Part shown: piece by piece, positions 59,022 to 64,000 of the stretch | Position numbering within the stretch: the stretch's first letter is position 1 | Layout: the number at the start of each line of letters is the position of its first letter | Assembly (NCBI GenBank): GCA_024639325.1 | Contig: JAHEIO010000007.1 | Span: 4,679 to 68,678 of the forward strand | Reading direction: 5' to 3' | DNA: 64,000 nt | Source: Gammaproteobacteria bacterium | GTDB taxonomy: Bacteria; Pseudomonadota; Gammaproteobacteria; Arenicellales; JAANXG01 | Notes under the pieces: model-generated | The model's database searches: none | What the model saw: only the letters and a program-made list of their open reading frames with translations | What the model was told of the DNA's origin: nothing | Position numbers and translations under genes: made by a program

Positions 59022-59903
59022 TCAATTCAGGTTTTTCGGCTGCGCCTTCTGCTTTTCTTTATAGCGGCGGTACTCTTCCCACAGTTTTTCCCGCAATACC
59101 GGGTCGGTTTCCTTTTCGGCCGCTTCGCGCAGCTGCCGAGCCACGATATCGTCGTCACCAGCAGAGGGGGGAGCATCGCGGGTCGCCGTCCGGGACCCAT
59201 CGGCTTCGCTCTGACGGCTGGCGCCATGGGCGCCGGTCTGCTGCTCGCCCGGTTCCGCCTGGGAGGCGACTTCTTCACCTTGCGGCTGCTCAGCCCCTTG
59301 TTGCGCCTGCCCCTGCCGGGATCCCTGCCGACCGCCAGGTTCGGCACCGCCATCCGCCGACGTCGCCCCCTCACCTTCACCGCCGGCGGTGCCGGAACCG
59401 CCGGATTCATCTGGAGAACCCGAGCGTTTACGCTGCAGTTCATCCATTTCCCGCAGCAGTAACTCGTCGAACTCCGACATGGATTTGCCTAACTGCCCCT
59501 CTAGGCTCGCAATGCGCTCCTCTTCCGTGCGTTCGCCGGGAAAGGACACCGGGCCCGCCGGCTTCAGTTCATCCGGGTTGCAACCCGGCTCCGGACTCGA
59601 ATCACCGATTTCCAGTTTCAGATCCAGCACGACCCTGCAATTTGCAGACACCAAACGCTTTAGCCGGCCGAGATATGCCAGGTAGTCCTTTGCTTCCGAC
59701 TCGCTTGCCCCACCCTGCGACGGCATGGATCTGAACTCGATGGACGCGGCGGACAATGCGTCCCGTGCCGCACCCAGACTGATCCTCGCCGACTGAAGTT
59801 CTGCATCCCCTGCTGATCTCGCCACGGGTTGTGACGCAATGGCGAGCACCAAAAATGCGGTGCGGATGCCCGCGACCGGCATCGATATGTCCTTACGCCG
59901 CAT
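59022..59903 (-). CDS. secreted protein with Gly/Glu/Gln/Ala-rich low-complexity centre and a charged helical C-terminus
   Basis: Start at the internal ATG (MRRKDISMPVAGIRTAFLVLAIAS), which gives a signal peptide. About 100 aa of low complexity (SGGSGTAGGEGEGATSADGG ... QGQAQQGAEQPQGEE). C-terminus DDDIVARQLREAAEKETDPVLREKLWEEYRRYK. 1 nt before the lipoprotein gene. Confidence 0.55.
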   Translation of the reverse strand: MRRKDISMPVAGIRTAFLVLAIASQPVARSAGDAELQSARISLGAARDALSAASIEFRSMPSQGGASESEAKDYLAYLGRLKRLVSANCRVVLDLKLEIGDSSPEPGCNPDELKPAGPVSFPGERTEEERIASLEGQLGKSMSEFDELLLREMDELQRKRSGSPDESGGSGTAGGEGEGATSADGGAEPGGRQGSRQGQAQQGAEQPQGEEVASQAEPGEQQTGAHGASRQSEADGSRTATRDAPPSAGDDDIVARQLREAAEKETDPVLREKLWEEYRRYKEKQKAQPKNLN

Positions 59904-60022
59904 TTTGAACAGATCCTGGCATATTGACCACAACTCCCGCCAAACCCGAGCCTTCGGCACCTATCCCGCTATGATGGTGTTTGCGCAAATTTCCATAGCT
60001 CCCCCGAACCGGCACGGGCTGC

Positions 60023-60424
60023 TCAGCGGTTTCGACGCTGAATCACGTCTTCGATAATACGACGAAGTTTAGCCTTGTATTCAGCGTAACGTTCTGCCTG
60101 CTCATTGGTTAACAAATCAACGATCTCTTCGTCCTTGGCCTGCGAATACTTCTGGATTTCATGGTAAAGGATGGCGTCTGACGCACCCTGGTTGATGAGT
60201 CTCTGAATCTTTTTGGAGTATTTCAGGTTGATCTCCACCAACTCCCCGGTCTGCTCCGGGTTCAGCTCAAGTACGTCCGCAAGCACCTCCGTCTGAGCCT
60301 CGGCGCGTTGCAGTGGCGTGGTAGCGTAAAATTGGTCGGCCAGACCGGGGTTTTGGGCATGAGCGGCAGCCGCTGACAACAACAGACCGCAAAAAACCAT
60401 ACAGTGCACAGAGTTTGTTTTCAT
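60023..60424 (-). CDS. periplasmic LTXXQ-motif (Spy/CpxP-like) protein
   Basis: 133 aa with a signal peptide (CGLLLSAAAAHAQ). All-helical, with two LTXXQ-type motifs (LNPEQ, LTNEQ). Confidence 0.6.
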   Translation of the reverse strand: MKTNSVHCMVFCGLLLSAAAAHAQNPGLADQFYATTPLQRAEAQTEVLADVLELNPEQTGELVEINLKYSKKIQRLINQGASDAILYHEIQKYSQAKDEEIVDLLTNEQAERYAEYKAKLRRIIEDVIQRRNR

Positions 60425-60513
60425 TCGTCTTCCTAATCTGTTGTTCGGCTGAATTGATCGTCTAGCATGAGTTCACGTTTGTTTCTTCGCTATACCGCTG
60501 CCGCTCTGAAATG

Positions 60514-60542
60514 ATAGTAGGGAAATCCGATATGGCGTTCAA
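60514..60542 (-). promoter_or_regulatory. candidate sigma-70 promoter for the LTXXQ gene / cluster
   Basis: Minus strand reads TTGAAC - 17 nt - TACTAT, about 90 nt upstream of the ATG at 60424. Confidence 0.3.
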
Positions 60543-60730
60543 GGCAAATCGGAGTGAAAATCCACCCTCCAGCCTGCATTATACGGGCGACCACGCAGAG
60601 CGGGCCCGGCCAGGCGCTCAGGTACAATGTGCGGGTTAAAGCAGTTGCGGGGTTGACCTGGGTCATTGACGCAATCCGGTCGGCACCTTATTGTGGCCCC
60701 ACCGTAGACGGGAGTGAGAGAAAGAGACAA

Positions 60731-61549
60731 ATGAAAAGTATTCTGGTTCAGGTCGATACCAGCGTGGCATGCAGAAACAGGCTGGCTATTTCATTGGATC
60801 TGGCGCAGGCTTTCGACGCTCATCTGACGGCGCTTCACATCACGCCGTCCTACACCGTCCCGGTATATGCGGAGGCGCCCGTCGGCCCCGACATCATCGA
60901 AGCGGTAAGACAGGCCGGCCGGAACTATTCCAGCAACGCAAAAAAGCTCCTGGAAAACTCGAATACCGGCTACGGCGTCGAAACGTCTTGGCGCTCCGTG
61001 GAGGGCGACATCGTCACCTCTCTTTGCAGCCACGCCCACTGCGCCGACGTGGCGATACTCGGCCAGTACAACCCTGACGATCCCCGCGACGCGAATCCGG
61101 GTGTCGTGGAGCACGTTCTGATCGAAGCGGGCAGGCCGTGCCTGGTGGTCCCGTACATCGAGGACAGCTACGACCTGATGAGTACCGTACTGGTCGCTTG
61201 GAACGGCACGCGGGAGTCTGCCCGCGCGGTAAAGGACGCCCTGCCGATTCTGCGTAAGGCGAGACGGGTCGAATTGCTATGGATCAACCCCAAGCAAGAG
61301 CCGGATGAAAACGACGGTGGAAACGTGCGCACTTACCTTTCCCGGCACGGAATAAATGTGGAGTTGAGCCGATTGCACAACCAGGAGATCCCGGCCGCAG
61401 ACATGCTGCTGTCGCATGCGGCGGATGTTTCCGCAGAACTCATTGTCTGCGGCGCCTATGGACACACCCGCTTTCGCGAAAAAATTCTCGGCGGCGTCAC
61501 GCGGCACCTGCTCGAACACATGACCGTGCCGGTACTGATGTCTCATTAG
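60731..61549 (+). CDS. tandem-domain universal stress protein
   Basis: Start set at the internal ATG (MKSILVQVD). Two UspA-like halves, the second ending LIVCGAYGHTRFREKILGGVTRHLLEHMTVPVLMSH. Confidence 0.85.
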   Translation: MKSILVQVDTSVACRNRLAISLDLAQAFDAHLTALHITPSYTVPVYAEAPVGPDIIEAVRQAGRNYSSNAKKLLENSNTGYGVETSWRSVEGDIVTSLCSHAHCADVAILGQYNPDDPRDANPGVVEHVLIEAGRPCLVVPYIEDSYDLMSTVLVAWNGTRESARAVKDALPILRKARRVELLWINPKQEPDENDGGNVRTYLSRHGINVELSRLHNQEIPAADMLLSHAADVSAELIVCGAYGHTRFREKILGGVTRHLLEHMTVPVLMSH

Positions 61550-61673
61550 CCCCGATCGAGCACCAGGGCGCACGACTTTTTGCATGGCATTGATGTTTTG
61601 TTCAAATACACCGAAATGACCGCATCGAACAAATCCACGGCAAGCGACAGCCGTCTTCGTACCGGGGTGCAGG

Positions 61674-63071
61674 ATGCACACTAGCCAGCATTCCGAACTG
61701 TTCGATGAGGCACTTTTAGAACGGTACGACACCACCGTACCGCGCTACACTTCGTACCCCACCGCACCGCAATTTCACCCCCTGGATGAAGAACAATACT
61801 TGGGCTGGGTGGCGCGCTCCAATGACGGCGGGAATCCACTGCCGCTGTCGATCTATGTCCACATTCCGTTTTGCAGCACCGTCTGCTTCTACTGCGCATG
61901 CACCAAGATCATCACGGCCAACCGGAAACATGCCGAGCCGTATCTGCGCGGGCTGCTAGGTGAGATCCGGTTGATCTCTGACCGCGTGGATACGTCCAGA
62001 ATAGTGGAACAGATGCACTGGGGGGGCGGTACGCCCACGTTTATCAGCCGTGCACAGATGCAGATGCTGATGGACGAACTCAGGTCCTGTTTTAACTTCG
62101 CCAACGATGCAGTCTCGGAAATGTCCATTGAACTCGATCCCAGGGAAGTAGGTCCCGGGGACATCGGATTTCTGCGCGAACAGGGGTTCAATCGGGTAAG
62201 CCTCGGAGTTCAGGACATCGACCCGGATGTACAATCAGCTGTAAACCGCATTCAACCGTTAGAGCAGACGCTCGGGGTATTCTCGGCAGCGAGGGAACAC
62301 GGCTTCAAGTCTATCAGCATGGATCTGATCTATGGATTACCTCGGCAAACTTCAAAGCGATTCGAAAGCACCCTGGATGCGATCATCCGTGTCCGCCCCG
62401 ACCGCCTCTCGGTGTTCAACTACGCGCATTTACCCCAGCGTTTCAAGGTACAACAACAGATCGACCCGTCGGAGTTGCCCTCGAGGCGGGAAAAACTCGA
62501 CATACTCAAAATGACCATAGAGCGATTGTCGGCGGCGGGCTACCTATACATCGGCATGGATCATTTCTCACAACCCGAGGACGAACTCGCCCTGGCCCAG
62601 AAAAACGGCACCCTGCACCGAAATTTTCAGGGCTACTCCACGCATCGGGACTGCGACCTGATCGGGCTCGGCGCCAGCAGCATCGGCCAGGTCGGTGGAA
62701 ACTATGCTCAAAACCATGTGCGTCTTGAAGACTATCACCGGTCCATCGACGCTGCCAGGCTTCCCATCGTGCGGGGTGTAGAACTGAATGCTGATGACCG
62801 GCTGAGGCGCACGGTGATCACGGAGTTGATATGCAATTTCCGTGTCGATATGGACGCCATAGATGTGCGGTATGAAATCGACTTTAGGCGGTATTTTTCG
62901 AATGAACTGGAACAATTGCAGGTCATGCAGGATGACGGGCTGATCGAAATGGACGATGCGACGATCCGGATCAACCCGCGTGGCCGGCTGCTCGTACGAA
63001 ATATCTGCTCGGTTTTTGATGCCTATCTGCAGACCAGCGAAAAATTCCGCGGCTACTCCAAAGCGATCTAA
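61674..63071 (+). CDS. hemN: oxygen-independent coproporphyrinogen III oxidase (radical SAM)
   Basis: 465 aa with RYTSYPTAPQF and the radical-SAM cluster motif CSTVCFYC, in the typical HemN layout. Confidence 0.93.
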   Translation: MHTSQHSELFDEALLERYDTTVPRYTSYPTAPQFHPLDEEQYLGWVARSNDGGNPLPLSIYVHIPFCSTVCFYCACTKIITANRKHAEPYLRGLLGEIRLISDRVDTSRIVEQMHWGGGTPTFISRAQMQMLMDELRSCFNFANDAVSEMSIELDPREVGPGDIGFLREQGFNRVSLGVQDIDPDVQSAVNRIQPLEQTLGVFSAAREHGFKSISMDLIYGLPRQTSKRFESTLDAIIRVRPDRLSVFNYAHLPQRFKVQQQIDPSELPSRREKLDILKMTIERLSAAGYLYIGMDHFSQPEDELALAQKNGTLHRNFQGYSTHRDCDLIGLGASSIGQVGGNYAQNHVRLEDYHRSIDAARLPIVRGVELNADDRLRRTVITELICNFRVDMDAIDVRYEIDFRRYFSNELEQLQVMQDDGLIEMDDATIRINPRGRLLVRNICSVFDAYLQTSEKFRGYSKAI

Positions 63072-63178
63072 CCCGCGACGCCCCCTGACGGCGCCATGCG
63101 ATGCTCGACTCACTCGAACGACAAATGGAAGATGGCGAACGCCAATAGACGAACATAACCCAATCCGGATCTCCAACT

Positions 63179-63997
63179 ATGTCAGTACAGAACAATCAAA
63201 AAAAATCCGTTACCATCAATACACTGAGCAAACTGAAGGAGGAAGGCGAAAAGTTTGCCAGCTTGACCGCGTATGACTTTTGTTCGGCCTACAGTGTAAG
63301 CGCCAGCGGGGTGGAGGTCATACTGGTGGGTGATTCCCTGGGCATGGTAATCCAGGGGCATGACTCCAGTCTGCCGGTAACAATCGACGACGTTGCGTAC
63401 CATGTGCGCTGCGTCAAGCGCGGAAACCAGGGCTCCTTCATCATGGCGGATATGCCGTTCATGAGCTACTACGCCAAAGACCAGACTCTTGAAAACTGCG
63501 CATTGCTGATGCGCGAGGGCGCACAGATGGTCAAGCTGGAGGGTGGATCCTGGCTGTCTGACTTCACCAAGCTGTTGGTAAGACACGGTATTCCCGTGTG
63601 CGCCCACATGGGCCTGACCCCGCAGTCAGTAAACCACCTTGGAGGCTATCGTGTTCAGGGCCGCAATCCGGACAAGGCACAGGAAATGATCGATGAAGCA
63701 CTGGTCCTGCAGGATGCGGGTGCAGGAATCATTCTTCTGGAGTGCGTTCCCCGAAGCCTGGGTACCCGGATCACGGAGGTCCTTGATGTTCCCGTCATTG
63801 GCATCGGTGCCGGCCCGGACACGGATGGGCAGATCATGGTCTGGCATGACCTGCTCGGACTCTATCCTGGCCGTCCCGCGAAATTCGTCAAAAATTTCCT
63901 TGATGGGGAGCCCAACGGCATCCAGGGCGCGATCTCGAGGTATGTTGACGCCGTGAAACGAGTAGAGTTTCCAGGCCCGGAGCACTGCTACGACTAG
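63179..63997 (+). CDS. panB: 3-methyl-2-oxobutanoate hydroxymethyltransferase
   Basis: 272 aa with LTAYDF, ILVGDSLGMV, VKLEGG, GHMGLTPQS and IGIGAG. Confidence 0.95.
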   Translation: MSVQNNQKKSVTINTLSKLKEEGEKFASLTAYDFCSAYSVSASGVEVILVGDSLGMVIQGHDSSLPVTIDDVAYHVRCVKRGNQGSFIMADMPFMSYYAKDQTLENCALLMREGAQMVKLEGGSWLSDFTKLLVRHGIPVCAHMGLTPQSVNHLGGYRVQGRNPDKAQEMIDEALVLQDAGAGIILLECVPRSLGTRITEVLDVPVIGIGAGPDTDGQIMVWHDLLGLYPGRPAKFVKNFLDGEPNGIQGAISRYVDAVKRVEFPGPEHCYD

Positions 63998-64000
63998 CCC

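Noticed and set aside
61590-61605. FNR/Anr-like box upstream of hemN (TTGATGTTTTGTTCAA)
   Set aside because: The half-sites are TTGAT and TTCAA with 6-nt spacing. The consensus is TTGAT-N4-ATCAA, so both spacing and symmetry are wrong. It may still be worth a position-weight-matrix scan.
1-64000. CRISPR arrays, tRNA/rRNA genes, insertion sequences, integrases, prophage genes
   Set aside because: Scanning intergenic regions by eye showed no regularly spaced direct repeats and no cloverleaf-like or rRNA-like segments. No ORF resembled a transposase, integrase or phage structural protein. A tRNAscan or Infernal run would be needed to exclude small RNAs formally.

Overview
A 64-kb chromosomal segment from a moderately GC-rich (judged by eye, not computed) proteobacterial genome. 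Gene content and order suggest Gammaproteobacteria. I support about 57 protein-coding genes. I recognised no rRNA, tRNA, CRISPR array, transposase or prophage genes. Most of the window is housekeeping: greA-carB-carA-dapB, nfi, ltaE, mdh, argE-like, an RSH (p)ppGpp enzyme, maeB, SCO plus a RhdA-type rhodanese, thiB, folA-thyA, purL-purC, dapA, a fatty-acid desaturase, ccmABCDE-ccmG-ccmI (ccmF and ccmH absent), hemN and panB. Four smaller accessory modules stand out: (1) a phosphorylase-like / GT2 / methyltransferase operon; (2) an ECF sigma / anti-sigma pair co-directional with a standalone NRPS-like A-T-R reductase; (3) a kinase-fusion gene coupled to a hemerythrin; (4) an hsp20-usp-DksA-like stress operon. 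The best candidate for an undescribed system is a nine-gene minus-strand cluster at about 50.6-60.4 kb. It contains a MotA/TolQ/ExbB-type proton channel and two paralogous single-pass proteins whose membrane anchors look like ExbD/TolR (conserved FLDV aspartate). Those two proteins carry a long coiled coil and a vWA domain with an intact MIDAS motif instead of a normal ExbD periplasmic domain. The cluster also encodes an FHA-like / TM / 5x PEGA / cysteine-free FGE(SUMF1)-like protein, a TM helical-repeat protein with a PEGA-like end, a glycine-zipper lipoprotein, an acidic low-complexity secreted protein, a small Pro/Glu-rich secreted protein and an LTXXQ (Spy/CpxP-like) periplasmic protein. 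It reads as a Tol-Pal/Ton-like, proton-motive-force-coupled envelope machine with non-canonical output domains. All functional calls rest on motifs read by eye. No database search or computation was run.
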